In this document: positions 24,980-36,470 of the stretch, piece after piece
Numbering within the stretch: position 1 is the first letter of the stretch
Layout of the letters: each line of letters opens with the position of its first letter
Assembly (NCBI RefSeq): GCF_006345805.1
Contig: NC_042998.1
Span: 93,186,001-93,250,000, forward strand
Reading direction: 5' to 3'
Length of the DNA stretch: 64,000 nucleotides
Source: Octopus sinensis
Taxonomy: Eukaryota
Made by a program: the position numbers and the translations under genes
The notes under the pieces: generated by a model
Databases searched by the model: none
What the model saw: only the letters and a program-made list of their open reading frames with translations
What the model was told of the DNA's origin: nothing

Positions 24980-25014
<35 letters not shown>

Positions 25015-25016
<2 letters not shown>

Positions 25017-27960
25017 CCATCAAGCCTTATGCATAGCACTTACGGAAACACACCTGAAACCGGACATAGCAGATGCGGAAATACACATACCACAGTATGT
25101 TGTACTACGGACCGACAGAAAAGAAAGGAGTCATGGAGGAGTTGCTATGTACATTCGTGAGGACCTCACACCCCAGGTCCTTTTGTCATACTCAAATTCG
25201 GTGTGTGACACACTAATTGTACATATAAGGCAACTTGGTGTAGTTATATGTACTACATATCGCCCTCCAGATGCCCCAAGCCATGTAGGCAATTTGAAGA
25301 CTGCCTTATAAAAATAGAAGAATTTCTAGTCACATTAGAACAACACATAAGTGTACTTCTTATGGGAGACTTCAATCTACCCAATGTCAGATGGCCTGAG
25401 GGCCTTTCTCTCCCAGGAATGACACGATGTTAACGAGGACAGGCGAGGTCCCTCCTGAACCTCATCAACACTCTGTACATGGAGCAAGTAATACTCCAAC
25501 CAACCAGGGCAGGTAACATACCGGATCTCTGCTTCACAAATAATATGGATCTTATCCATAATGTGAAAGTGACACCGACACTACTCTCGGATCACAACAT
25601 GGTAGAGCTGATCATGTACGGGCCAAAGGAAAGCATGGACATGCAGCCTACAAGAAACTCTCAGAATCTTTCCAGCTTGAACTTCCATAAGGCAAACTGG
25701 AAACAAATTGAGAAAGAGATCCTCAAACAAAACTGGCCTGAATGTCTATCCTCACCAGACATCGACGTGAAACAATTCATGTCTGTAATGCAAGCCATAT
25801 GCTACAAATGTGTCCCAGAGAGAAAGGCCACTGTACACAAGAGCAAAATCCCCAGAGAGAGGAAAATTCTAATGAGACGGTGTACAAAAGTTTCAAATCA
25901 CCTAAACAAAGAAATTGAAAGCAGTGAAAAGTCCCGCCTGAAAATAAAACTGTTGGAAATTGAAAAATGTCTGCAACTCTCCCATGAAAAAGAAAGAGCA
26001 GACAAAGAAGCCTGGGCTATAGACAACATAAAATCTAACCCCAGAGCTTTCTACAGGTATGCCAAAGAAACAGCTACGGATAGGGCCACTCCTTGAAAAG
26101 GATGGCACACTCACAGGAAATCCAATGAGCGTAAGTGAAATACTAAATGAGTAATTCAAGAGTATTTTCACGCCACCCCTAGGGCATTTTCAAGTCAGCA
26201 ATCCAACTGACTTCTTTACCACTGCAGATATAAAATCGGAGGCGGCAATGATTGATTACATCAATATAAAGGAAGACGATGTAATAAAGGCTATTGATGA
26301 AATGAGAACAAACTCAGCTACTGGCCCAGATGGATTCCCAGCAATCCTTCTAAAAGTATGTAAGAGAGTCCTAGCAAGACCACTGCAGTTCCTCTTTCAG
26401 AGCTTCCTTACAACTGGCAAACTTCCAAGAAAACTGAAGGAAGGTAAAATATGCCCTATTCATAAAGCAGGTAGCAGAGTGGAGGCTAAGAACTACAGAC
26501 CTATCTCTCTGACCTCACACATCAGCAAAGTCATGGAACAAATAGTCAGAAGGAAACTAATCACCTTCCTTGAAGAAAATGACTTGGTGCCTGACACCCA
26601 ACATGGTTTCCGACCAGGAAGAAGCTGCTTAACTCAGCTCCTACAACACTATGACTGGGTGCTGAAACGACTGCTCAACCACTCAAATGTGGAAGTCATA
26701 TATCTCGACTTTGCAAAGGCCTTTGATAAAGACGATCATGGAATGCTATGTCACAAACTGCATGATCTTGGCATAGTTGGAAAATTGGGAGAGTGGCTTC
26801 ATGACTTTCTGAAGGATAGAAGTCAGGTGGTAGTAGTCAATGGGGCCACTTCCACTAACATGCAAATAGTGAGCGGTGTTCTGCAGGGCACTGTTTTGGG
26901 ACCACTACTGTTCATAATGGCCCTCTCAGACATGCCTTCAGCCACGCAGAGAGCCATGATCACAAGTTATGCAGATGATACAAAAGTTTCACAGGCAATA
27001 CAGAACCCTGAAGACACTAAGCACCTGCAATGTGAGCTGGACAAAATATACAAGTGGGCTGAAAAGAATAGCATGCAGTTCAATGCTGAAAAGTTTCAAG
27101 CTCTATGCTATCAGCACGCAAAACTAAATGCAATACCCAATAAATACACTGGACCTGGAGGGAATGCAATCCCAGAGGCACAATCAGTGCGAGACCTGGG
27201 TATTTACATGAGTGATGATGCAACCTTTCATGTGCATGTTGCTAAATTGGCAATGAAATGTAGGCGGCTGACCGGATGGATTCTTAGAACCTTCAGAACA
27301 AGAGACCAGGAAACCATGATGGTCCTCTGGAGGACACTTGTCCTCAGCCACTTTGACTATTGCTCTCAGCTATGGTCACCATCCAGTGTCAAGTTAATCA
27401 CAGAACTTGAGGCAATCCAACGAAACTACACGAAGAAGATAGCCTCTGTGCAGCATATAAGCTATTGGGAAAGACTCAAGAGATTGAGACTCTATTCCTT
27501 AGAGCGTAGGCGAGAAAGATATGCCATAATATACATCTGGAAGATCCTAGAAGGACTTGTCCCAAACTTTGGCATCGAGAGTTACACAAATGCCAGAACT
27601 GGGCGCCACTGCATAGTGCCAAGGACTCCAAATTTGCCATCAAGATATAGGACAAGATACTGTGATAGCCTGGGCTTCCGAGGCCCACAGCTCTTCAATA
27701 TCCTCCCGAAGAACCTAAGAGACCTGCATGGGTGGATGCAGATGTCTTTAAAATGAAACTGGATCTCTTCTTGTCAGGTATCCCAGATGAACCAACTTCA
27801 CGGCAGGAGGTGCAGATGAGGGCAGCTGCATCGAACTCTCTCATGCACCAAATGGCAATTGCTAAAATGCATTCGTGAAGTAAAATCATGTAGCAACACC
27901 AAATGGCGGTGCCCCAGCGTGGCCACAGCTTGTGAGCTGAAACTAGATAAATGAAAATAT
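25015..27960 (+). mobile_element. CR1-group LINE (APE endonuclease + RT), 5'-truncated and disrupted
   Basis: APE motifs (ALTETHL, GGVAMY, MGDFNLP, PTRAGNIPDLCF, SDHNMV) and RT motifs (NYRPISLTS, QHGFRPGRSC, YLDFAKAFD, GVLQGTVLGPLLF, YADDTK); 3' tail ggcggtgccccagcgtggccacagc. Confidence 0.9.
26248..27756 (+). pseudogene. Reverse transcriptase domain of CR1-group LINE ORF2
   Basis: 502-aa open stretch with all RT motifs; upstream endonuclease part is separated by stops and frameshifts. Confidence 0.9.
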
Positions 27961-27965
27961 AATAA

Positions 27966-29296
27966 TCATCATCATCATCATCATCATCATTTAACGTCCG
28001 CTTTCCATGCTAGCATGGGTTGGACGGTTCAACTGGGGTCTGGGGAGCCCGAAAGCTGCACCAGTCCAGTCAGATCTGGCAGTGTTTCTACAGCTGGATG
28101 CCCTTCCTAACGCCAACCACTCCGAGAGTGTAGTGGGTGATTTTATGTGCCACCGACACAGGTGCCAGACGAGGCTGGCAAACGGCCACGCTCGGATGGT
28201 GTTTTTTATGTGCCACCGACACAGGTGCCAGACGAGGCTGGCAGACGGCCACGCTCGGATGGTGTTTTTATGTGCCACCGACACAGGTGCCAGATGAGGC
28301 TGGCAAACGGCCACGATCGGATGGTGTTTGTTACGTGCCCACAGCATGGAGGCCAGTCGATGCGGTACTGGCTACGGCCACGTTCGGATGGTTTTCTTGT
28401 GTGCCACGTGCCACCGGCACTGGTACCACAAAGATACAAATTCCATTGATGTTCATCTATTTTGATTTGTTTTGATTTTCACTTGCCTCAACAGGTCTTC
28501 ACAAGTGTCACAAGGAGGAAGGTATGCACAGGTGGACTGACTACGTCCCAGGTAGGGGCCACAGGTTATGGCCTGACTAGTCTTGCCGGGTCTTCGGATG
28601 GTGTTTTTATGTGCCACCGACACAGGTGCCAGATGAGGCTGGCGAACGGCCACGATCGGATAGTGTTTGTTACGTGCCCACAGCACGGAGGCCAGTCGGT
28701 GCGGTACTGGCTACGGCCACGTTCGGATGGTTTTCTTGTGTGCCACCGGCACTGGTACCACAAAGATACAATTCCATTAATGTTCATCTATTTTGATTTG
28801 TTTTGATTTGATTTGATTTGATTTGATTTGATTTGTTTTGATTTCATTTTGATTTTCACTTGCCTCAACAGGCCTTCACAAGTATCACAAGGAGGAAGGT
28901 ATGCACAGGTGGACTGACTACGTCCCAGGTAGGGGCCATGGGATATGGCCTGACTAGTCTTGCCGGGTCTTCGGATGGTGTTTTTATGTGCCACCGACAC
29001 AGGTGCTAGATGAGGCTGGCGAACAGCCACGATCGGATGGTGTTTGTTATGTGCCCACAGCACGATGGCCAGTCGATGCGGTACTGACTACGGCCACGTT
29101 CGGATGGATTTCTTGTGTGCCACAGGCACTGGTACCACAAAGATACAAATTCCATTGATGTTCATCTATTTTGATTTGATTTGATTTTCACTTGCCTCAA
29201 CAGGTCTTCACAAGTGTCACAAGAAGGAAGGTATGCACAGGTGGACTGACTAGTCTTGCCGGGTCTTCGGAAGGTGTTTTTATGTGCCACCGACAC
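27966..29296 (-). repeat. Family C element expanded into a minisatellite with ~63-bp modules and three higher-order units
   Basis: atgtgccaccgacacagg recurs at 28145, 28208, 28270, 28609, 28986 and 29282; higher-order spacings 339, 377 and 296 bp. Confidence 0.9.
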
Positions 29297-29308
29297 AATA
29301 ACAATAAT

Positions 29309-30745
29309 ATGTTATAGAAGAGTTCGAGCAGTCCTGAAGTCTGAGCTGAATGCATATAATAAGGTGTTAGCCATAAATTCCTTAGCAGTACCAGTTGTTC
29401 TTTATAGCTTCAATGTGCTTAACTGGAATACCAGTGAAATAATGAAAATTGATAGAAAAATCCGCAAGCTACTGACTTGTAATAAGATGCACCATCCAAA
29501 GGCAGACGTGGATCGTCTTTACCTTCCCAGAGATCAGGAAGGTCAAGGTTTGATCCAGCTTGAACTTACATACAAAGCCACCACAATCGGACTGGCCAAA
29601 TACCTTGAAGCAACCAACGATTGGATGCTAAAACTTGTTGAAAAACATGAAAAACCGAAAAAAATTCACTCTATTTTCAAAGAGAGCAAAAAATTTGCTG
29701 CTGATTTCTTAGATACCCACCAGATTGATCAGGCTGAAGGAAATGTGCCAACTGCTGCTGCAAAGAAAATAAAATTAATTGCAAAGACAAAAGCACATGA
29801 AAAATTAGCTAGCAGATGGGAACAGAAACCTCTTCATGGCAAGTTTGTGGCCCATAGCAAACAAGCTGATGTCGACCATAAACCCACGCACCATTGGTTA
29901 CGAAGCTCAGGCCTAAAAGCAGAGAGTGAAGGTTTCATATTAGCTGCTCAAGACTAAAGCTTATTAACCCGGAACTACCATGCCAATGTGATAAAAAATG
30001 GAGCTGACCCAAAATGCGGATTCTGTAACGATGAGATTGAAACTATAGACCACCTAATCTCAGGGTGTAGAGTCTTAGCACCTGTAGAATATAAAGCAAG
30101 ACATGACAGAGTCGGCCAGTATTTACATTGGACAATATGTCGGCATTATAAAATCAAAACCGCTGACAAATGGTATAAACACCATCCTGAAGCTGTGACT
30201 GAGGGAGAAAATGTGTTGATTCTATGGGATTTCCCCATACAGACCAACAAAACTATAAAAGCTAATAAACTGGATATTATTATAAAAGATCAGACAAAAA
30301 AGATGTGTTTCTTAATTGACATGAGTATTCCTTGTGATCACAATATAGCGGTGAAAGAATTTGACAAGATTAGTAAATATAAAGACATGCTAATAGAAAT
30401 TGAAAAAATGTGGCATCCCAAGGCGACTACAGTACCAGTGTAGATCTCTAGGAATGATTAAAAAAAGTACTAAACCTATTTGAAAATGATTCCAGGCTTA
30501 CCATCCCTACAGGAAGTGCAAAAAAGCGTATTAACTGGAATGGCTCATGTACTGAGAAGAGCATTATCGCTGTGAAAACAACATCTATCCATGAATTTAT
30601 TTATCTGTTAATTTTTAAATACATATTCTATCTGTGAATTTGCATGTGTAATCTGGGAATGCATACAATGAGCTTCTCTGCCCTGGGTGTATGGAAAACA
30701 CTCAGTGAGAAACAGAAGAAAATTTGTTAAAAGAAGGAAAAGTAA
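29309..30745 (+). mobile_element. 5'-truncated R4/Dong-like element, second subfamily
   Basis: YRRVRAVLKSELNAYNK...LRSSGLKAESEGFILAAQD...CGFCN...HLISGC...RHDRVGQYLHW...KLDIII...IDMSIP; ends in (TAA)n. Confidence 0.88.
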
Positions 30746-30758
30746 TAATAATAATATA

Positions 30759-30789
<31 letters not shown>

Positions 30790-30791
<2 letters not shown>

Positions 30792-31325
30792 CATCGTTTA
30801 ACGTCTGCTTTCCATGCTGGCATGGGTTGGATGGTTTGACTGAGGACTGTGAGTTTGGTGAAGAGTAAATTATAACACACACACACACACACGCATATAT
30901 GCATAGGTATGTATTTATGTGTGTGTGTGAGTATGTGTCTGTGTGTACTGGTGCTTATGTGCTGCACCAGGCTCAATCTGATCTGGCAAAGTTTCTACAG
31001 CTGGATGCCCTTCCTAATGCCAACCATTCCAAGAGTGTAGTAGGTGATTTTACATGCCACCAGAATGAGGGCCTGTCAGGCAGTTCTGGCAACGGCCACA
31101 CTCAAAAGGTGTTTCTTTTGTGCTACCTGCATGGGAGCCAGTCCGGCGGCACTGGCAATGACCACGCTTGAATGTTGTTTTTCACGTGACACCAGCACCT
31201 GTGCCGGTAAGGTGACACTGGTAATGATCTTGCTCAAATGGTGCTTTTGACATGCCACTGGCATGGGAGCCAATCCATGGCCCTGGCAACGATCACACTC
31301 GGATGTGCTTTTAACATTCCACTGT
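30790..31325 (-). mobile_element. SINE-like family C with about four internal modules
   Basis: catcgtttaacgtctgctttccatgctggcatgggttgg...ggatgcccttcctaatgccaacc followed by diverged ~63-bp modules. Confidence 0.75.
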
Positions 31326-31329
31326 CACA

Positions 31330-31336
31330 ATGATGT

Positions 31337-31419
<83 letters not shown>

Positions 31420-31480
31420 GGATGATGATGATGGTGATGATGGTGATGATGATGATGATAATAATAATAATAATAATAAA
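31330..31480 (+). repeat. (GAT)n grading into (AAT)n microsatellite
   Basis: Directly visible. Confidence 0.95.
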
Positions 31481-32219
31481 ACAAATAAATAAATAAGAAC
31501 TGGTGTCAGTTTGTTTGATTAAACTCTTGAAGGTGGTGCCTCATTATGACCACTGTCCAATAACTGTGAAACAAGTAAAAGAATAGAAGAATAAAAGAAT
31601 ATTTTAATCTCAGGGATTCCGACATCACATTTGATATTGGTTTTAGGAGTCTTAACTGGATGTAAATCAGTTTGTCAATATGCTTATGACATTGTGAGTT
31701 TTGGCTGAATACAGAAGCACACTTTGTACAGTTTTCATTCGTGTTTTTTCTTTTTTCTGTTTTTATTCCTTCCTTGACAATGCCATGTTCAGGTCTACAA
31801 TTTGCCAAATGCAGTAGAAAGTTGCATGTATTCTGTTAGATAACTCATTGTATGTTTGTGCTTTAGAGTGGAATAACATGCTTGGATTTGTATAGGCAGT
31901 GGGTAGGGACTGTGTCGAAGTTCAACTGAAATCCACAGATATTTGTATATAGGATGGAGGATTACTTGTATTGAGGAAAAATAATAAATTGAATGTATAA
32001 AGTGTCCTTGGGAGAGAGAGAAAGAAACAGTATATCGGTATTAAAAGAGAGATAGCATGCAGAGAATTTCTACAGAAATCCTTAATATTGGAATCATAAA
32101 AAAAAACGACATTTAAAAACTGATGTATCTGATGTATACATGTGGTGAAGTAAAATATATTGAAGTAAAATATCATACAAGTATGACAATATCAACAAAA
32201 GCTTAATCAAGCTTAATAC

Positions 32220-32478
32220 CATCATTATCATCATTGTCATCATCATCATCAACATCATCATCATCATTATTGTCATCATCATGATCATCATCATCCTCAT
32301 TGTTGTTGTCATCGTTGTTGTCGTCATCATTATCAACTTCAACATCATCATCATTGTTGTCATCATCAAGATCATCATCATTATTATCATTGTCATCATT
32401 GTCATCTTCAGGGTCATCATCATCATCATCATCACTATCATCAAACATCATTGTCGTCGTCGTCGTGATTGTCATCAT
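32220..32478 (+). repeat. Imperfect (CAT)n microsatellite
   Basis: Directly visible; adjoins the tail of a family C-like element at 32479-32700. Confidence 0.9.
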
Positions 32479-32779
32479 CCTTTAATGTCTACTTTTCTCT
32501 GCTTGCATGGGTCAGGCGGACTTTGTTGAGGCAGATTTTCTACAGCTGTATACCCTTCCTGTTGCCAATTCTCCCCTGTTTCCAAGCCTGGGAATATTTC
32601 TGCATATGTTTTTACTGAAGACTGGAAATGGAGGGCACTACTTGTATGGAGATAATGCTCATCATACATCTATTGCATAATATCAAGACAAGGAGATACA
32701 TTCTCACAAACACCCTGCACATATATGCATATACTTTGGCACCACAGGCGTAGCATATGCACAGGAGTAGCATATGCAC

Positions 32780-32935
32780 AGGAGTGGCTGTGTAGTAAGT
32801 AGCTTGCTAACCCACCACATGGTTCCGGGTTCAGTCCCATAGCATGGCACCTTGGGCAGGTGTCTTCTACTATAGCCTCAGGGTGACCAAATCCTTGTCA
32901 GTGGTAGATGGAAACTGAAAGAAGCCCATCGTACA
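32780..32935 (+). mobile_element. SINE family A head
   Basis: gtggctgtgtagtaagtagcttgc (A box)...ccgggttcagtccc (B box)...gaaactgaaagaagcccatc. Confidence 0.8.
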
Positions 32936-32984
32936 TATATATATATATATATATACATAATATATATGTGAGTTCGTGAGTTGA

Positions 32985-33195
32985 TTCAATATGTGACCGC
33001 GTGTGTCTCGTTGGCGATTTTTTTTCCTCCGTCTTCCCTTCCTTGGATCTTTCCTTTTCCTGTGTTTCTGATGAAGAGGTCCACTTGAAACGTTAAATCC
33101 TCTTTCTTTCTTTCCTTTCCTGAGCATCCAATAACACTATACTTGTTCCACATCTTCGCGTTGTTGTGTTTTCTCTTATTGTTTTCATTTTGGAT

Positions 33196-33200
<5 letters not shown>
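32985..33200 (+). mobile_element. Penelope-like terminal fragment (family H2)
   Basis: Homologous to 39985-40190; ends ggattaactatatata into (TA)n; carries a hammerhead-like motif. Confidence 0.65.
33064..33098 (+). ncRNA. Minimal type I hammerhead-like motif
   Basis: GUUU-CUGAUGA-A-GAG(GUCCA)CUU-GAAAC-GUU/AAAU. Confidence 0.55.
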
Positions 33201-33250
<50 letters not shown>

Positions 33251-33254
33251 TTGG

Positions 33255-33588
33255 AATAAAGTACAATTTTACATTGGAAGCATATCATTAGAGTTATCTA
33301 AAAGAATTTCTATCCATTACTCAACATTTAGAGATAGAAATAAATGTAATAGTACCGGTCTCAGCAAACTAATTTGGGACCTAAAAGACCACAATGAACA
33401 ATTTAATTTAGAATGGTTGATTCTCTCAATCTCGATACCTTATGACAAAGACAAGAAATTCTGTCTTCCCTGTAATTCTGAACTATTTTTCATTGTTTTT
33501 TTCTAAAAATCCCCTAGTAAACACTGTTATAGAGCGTGCTTACCGATGTAAACATTGGCAAAAATACACCTTTAGTGCATATAAGTAA
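33255..33588 (+). pseudogene. GIY-YIG endonuclease fragment (absent from the ORF track; frameshift in the T-run near 33500)
   Basis: NKVQFYIGSISLELSKRISIHYSTFRDRNKCNSTGLSKLIWDLKD...WLIL...PYDKDKKFCLPCNSE..//..LVNTVIERAYRCKHWQKY; matches the YIG...F-x-x-R...H...ST-x-LS-x-x-IW-x-LK...C-x-x-C...C-x-H pattern of Penelope endonucleases. Confidence 0.75.
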
Positions 33589-34095
33589 TTTCTATCAATA
33601 TCTATAAATCTGAAATGCGAAAAGTTTATTTGTCTGGTTTTGGCATTGGAACGAGTTAAAGGGCACTAGATCTCGTCGAATTGACTCCAAAATTTACAGG
33701 GACATGTAAAATGAGGTGAGGATGTCAGTAGGCTAGGTTAGAAATCCCTGTCTTAAAAGGTGTCGTTACTAGGGCAAAAAACGCACACTTTGACAAGTCT
33801 ACTCTCATTCTATTATCTGCATGTCTTCCTCCATGTCTCTCTCTTTCCTCCCTTCCCTTCTCTTTCTCTCTATAACGACGTTTGACAGATACTACTATCT
33901 TTCCCCCTGCTGCCTTCGCCAGCGCTGTCCCTCTTTCCCCCCCCCCCCCCCCCCCCTCTCTCTCTGTATGTCTGGCTACTTCTGACGTTATATCATATAA
34001 CGTTTTTTTCAAACAATATTAATAGCGTTCAGTAAATCATTATACATATCCATCATTTTTTCCTAAAATGTTTTATTGACGAGTTTTGTTTTTTC

Positions 34096-34182
34096 ACTAT
34101 CCTGAGGAGAAGATTGCATTGTTTTATACCATTTATTCTTTTGAATAATATCAGTGGAATTTTCAAAACATGTGTCGAAAGT
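34096..34182 (+). ncRNA. Type I hammerhead motif with long stem II and a G12-to-A lesion
   Basis: ACUAUC-CUGAGGA-GAAGAUUGCAUUG...CAGUGGAAUUUUC-AAAAC-AUGU-GUC/GAAAGU; stem II 12 of 13 paired, stem I 5 of 6 paired. Confidence 0.6.
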
Positions 34183-34385
34183 AAAAGTATTTGATTTATA
34201 CCTGCATTAAACTTCATTTATTTATTTATTTATTATACAAAAACTTCCATGTAAACACGAAGTTTCTACCTTTATAAACAAGGAGTTACAACCTCTCCAC
34301 TTGTGTGATTTTTTGCTACCCTGGTAACTACTTATTTATTTTTTCCGCGTTAATTGTTAACAAGGCAAAAATACTCTTATCTAAT

Positions 34386-34416
<31 letters not shown>

Positions 34417-34774
34417 GTATGTATGTGTGTATATATATATGTTTGTTCCTTCCCCACCATCACTTGACAACCGATGCTGGTGTGTTTATGTCCCCATAAC
34501 TTAGCAGTTCAGCAAAAGTAACTGATAAAATAAGTACTAAGCTTACAAAGAAAAAATTCCTGGGATTGAGTTGTTCAACTAAAGGTGGTGCTCCAACATG
34601 GCCACAGCCAAATGACTGAAACAAGTAAAAGAATAAAAGAATATATGGTCAGAGCAGAAACTGGCTTCTAAGTTTGGAGGATGAATGTGTACAGAGAGGG
34701 AGAGAAATAAGAGATAGAAAGAGAGACAGAAAGAGAAGGAGAGAGAAAGAGAAGGGAAGATACATATATTGGGG

Positions 34775-34975
34775 AAAGGAAAGAGAGTCAAGACTATTGA
34801 AAAGGTTGCAAGACGCAACGAAAATTTTAGAAAAATAAGTGGAAATTTTACCTGTGAGTGTGTTAAATTATAAGGCACAAAAAGAAAATGACTCTCCCCA
34901 GACACAACAGAATATGCTTCAACACACGAACTCACATAAAGAATCTTGCAAGCCAAATCCAAAAACGAAAGAAAA
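34775..34975 (-). repeat. Unclassified interspersed repeat G
   Basis: Homologous to 41955-42157. Confidence 0.7.
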
Positions 34976-35247
34976 GAAGATGTATAAGTATTGAAGAAAA
35001 ATGCGATGGTTGTATCTGTAAGTTTGCATACAAAATCTATGAAAAAGAAAAATGAAGATTGAACAGATCATTAATTTAGCACACACATACACGACAAGCT
35101 TCTTTCAGTTTCCATCCACTGCATCCGTTCACAAGGCTTTGGTTGGCCTTCAGCTATACAACAAGACACTTGCCCAAGGTGCTGTGCTGTGGAACTGAGC
35201 CTGAAACTCTGAAGTTAGGAAGCACACTTCTTAACCACACACCATTT

Positions 35248-35480
35248 ATGTCTTTATTGCTCACAGGGGGATAAACATAGAGGGGACAAACAAGGACAGA
35301 CAAAGGGATTATGTCGGTTACATCAACCCCCCAGTGTATAACTGGTACTTATTTAATCGACCCCGAAAGGATGAAAGGCAATGTCGACCTTAGCAGAATT
35401 TTAACTCAGAACGTAATGGCAGACGAAATACCGCTAAGCATTTCGCCCAGCGTGCTAATGTTTCTGCCAGCTCGCCGTTT
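35248..35480 (-). mobile_element. tRNA-derived SINE family B
   Basis: Minus strand ggcgagctggcagaaacattagcacgctgggcgaaatgcttagcgg...ttctgagttaaaattc...gtcgacattgcctttcatcctttcggggtcgattaaataagtaccag. Confidence 0.8.
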
Positions 35481-35910
35481 TAACCACACAGCCATGCCTA
35501 CATCCATCATCACTATCATCAGCACCACCATCATAATCATTATCATCATCATTGTAATTATCATCATCATCATCATTATTATCATCATTTACCGTCTACC
35601 TTCCATGCTAGCATGGGTGGGACAGTTTCATAAGTACTGGCTAGGCAGAAGCCTGCACCATACTTCTGTGACTATTTTGGCAGGATTTTTACAGCTGGAT
35701 ACCCTTCCTAACACCAATCATTGGAGGGCATTGCAGGAGGTGATCTTGTGTCGGATGATGAAAGCTTATAGTGAAACAGAAACAGGTGTCTTGTTGTGGA
35801 AGTACAAGGTTACCTGGCTGGAGAAAGAGAGATCAAAAATGAAGACAGAAACAGGTGTACTACTGCAAAGAAAATACACAGTTACCCAACCTGAGGGAAA
35901 TTAGGAGGAG

Positions 35911-35975
<65 letters not shown>

Positions 35976-36094
35976 AGGAGACAGCAGGATAGAGATGGTG
36001 GCAAAATGCCAGGCATACTCAAAAGGAATGGGGATCAGAATATAAATGGGAAGGTTGAGTAAAGGAAAAGTGGGATATAGATGGGAGCATTTCT

Positions 36095-36470
36095 CTCCAG
36101 TATACACGTCTTCTGCATTCAGAGCCCATGTCTAACTACCATGGAGTACAGCTGCTCGCACATAAGCATCATATAGTGTACCTTGCACTCTGAGAGAGAG
36201 TCCTTTTGTTGCCAACAAAGGTAATAGCTCACTGAACTTCCTCTACCCAATTCTTATTCTAGAAACAATACTTTCAGAGCATCCACCACCATTGCTAATT
36301 TGGTTACCTGGTAACAGAAACTATTTACAACCTTAAGAGACCCTCCTGGGCATTTGAGAGAATCTAATTCCCATGTGCTCTTAGTGTTTATTGTTCCTGT
36401 ACCTCTGCCATATACAGAAACAACTTTATCTGTTAATCTACCTGTGATTCCACTACGCTGAGTGCAGCGA
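36095..36470 (-). pseudogene. RTE-clade LINE ORF2 internal remnant
   Basis: With frameshifts: VNSFCY(L)GNQISNGGGCSESIVSRIRIG*RKFSELLPLLATKGLSLRVQGTLYDAYVRAAVLHG..TWALNAED. Confidence 0.75.

Larger units (their letters stand above)
20421..24985 (+). mobile_element. Near full-length R4/Dong-like (restriction-like endonuclease) non-LTR retrotransposon, disrupted
   Basis: Begins right after (AAT)n and ends tactgaATAATAAT; contains N-terminal domain, RT, CCHC and REL motifs. The 5' boundary at 20421 is inferred. Confidence 0.85.
33252..34388 (+). mobile_element. Second Penelope-like element: GIY-YIG C-terminus plus 3' region, flanked by (TA)n
   Basis: Endonuclease remnant at 33255-33588 followed by a CpG-retaining 3' region containing a hammerhead-like motif. 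Confidence 0.75.

Noticed and set aside
28140-29296. CRISPR-like repeat/spacer array
   Set aside because: Eukaryotic repeat context, no unique spacers (units repeat in full), no cas genes, and the modules derive from SINE family C.
32094-32529. Poly-Asp, poly-Met or poly-Ile proteins (also 1119-1443, 31263-31496)
   Set aside because: Six-frame translations of (CAT)n microsatellites.
32780-32850. tRNA genes at SINE heads (also 14230-14296, 46313-46380, 49420-49485)
   Set aside because: A and B boxes are present, but there is no complete cloverleaf and each continues into a shared SINE body.
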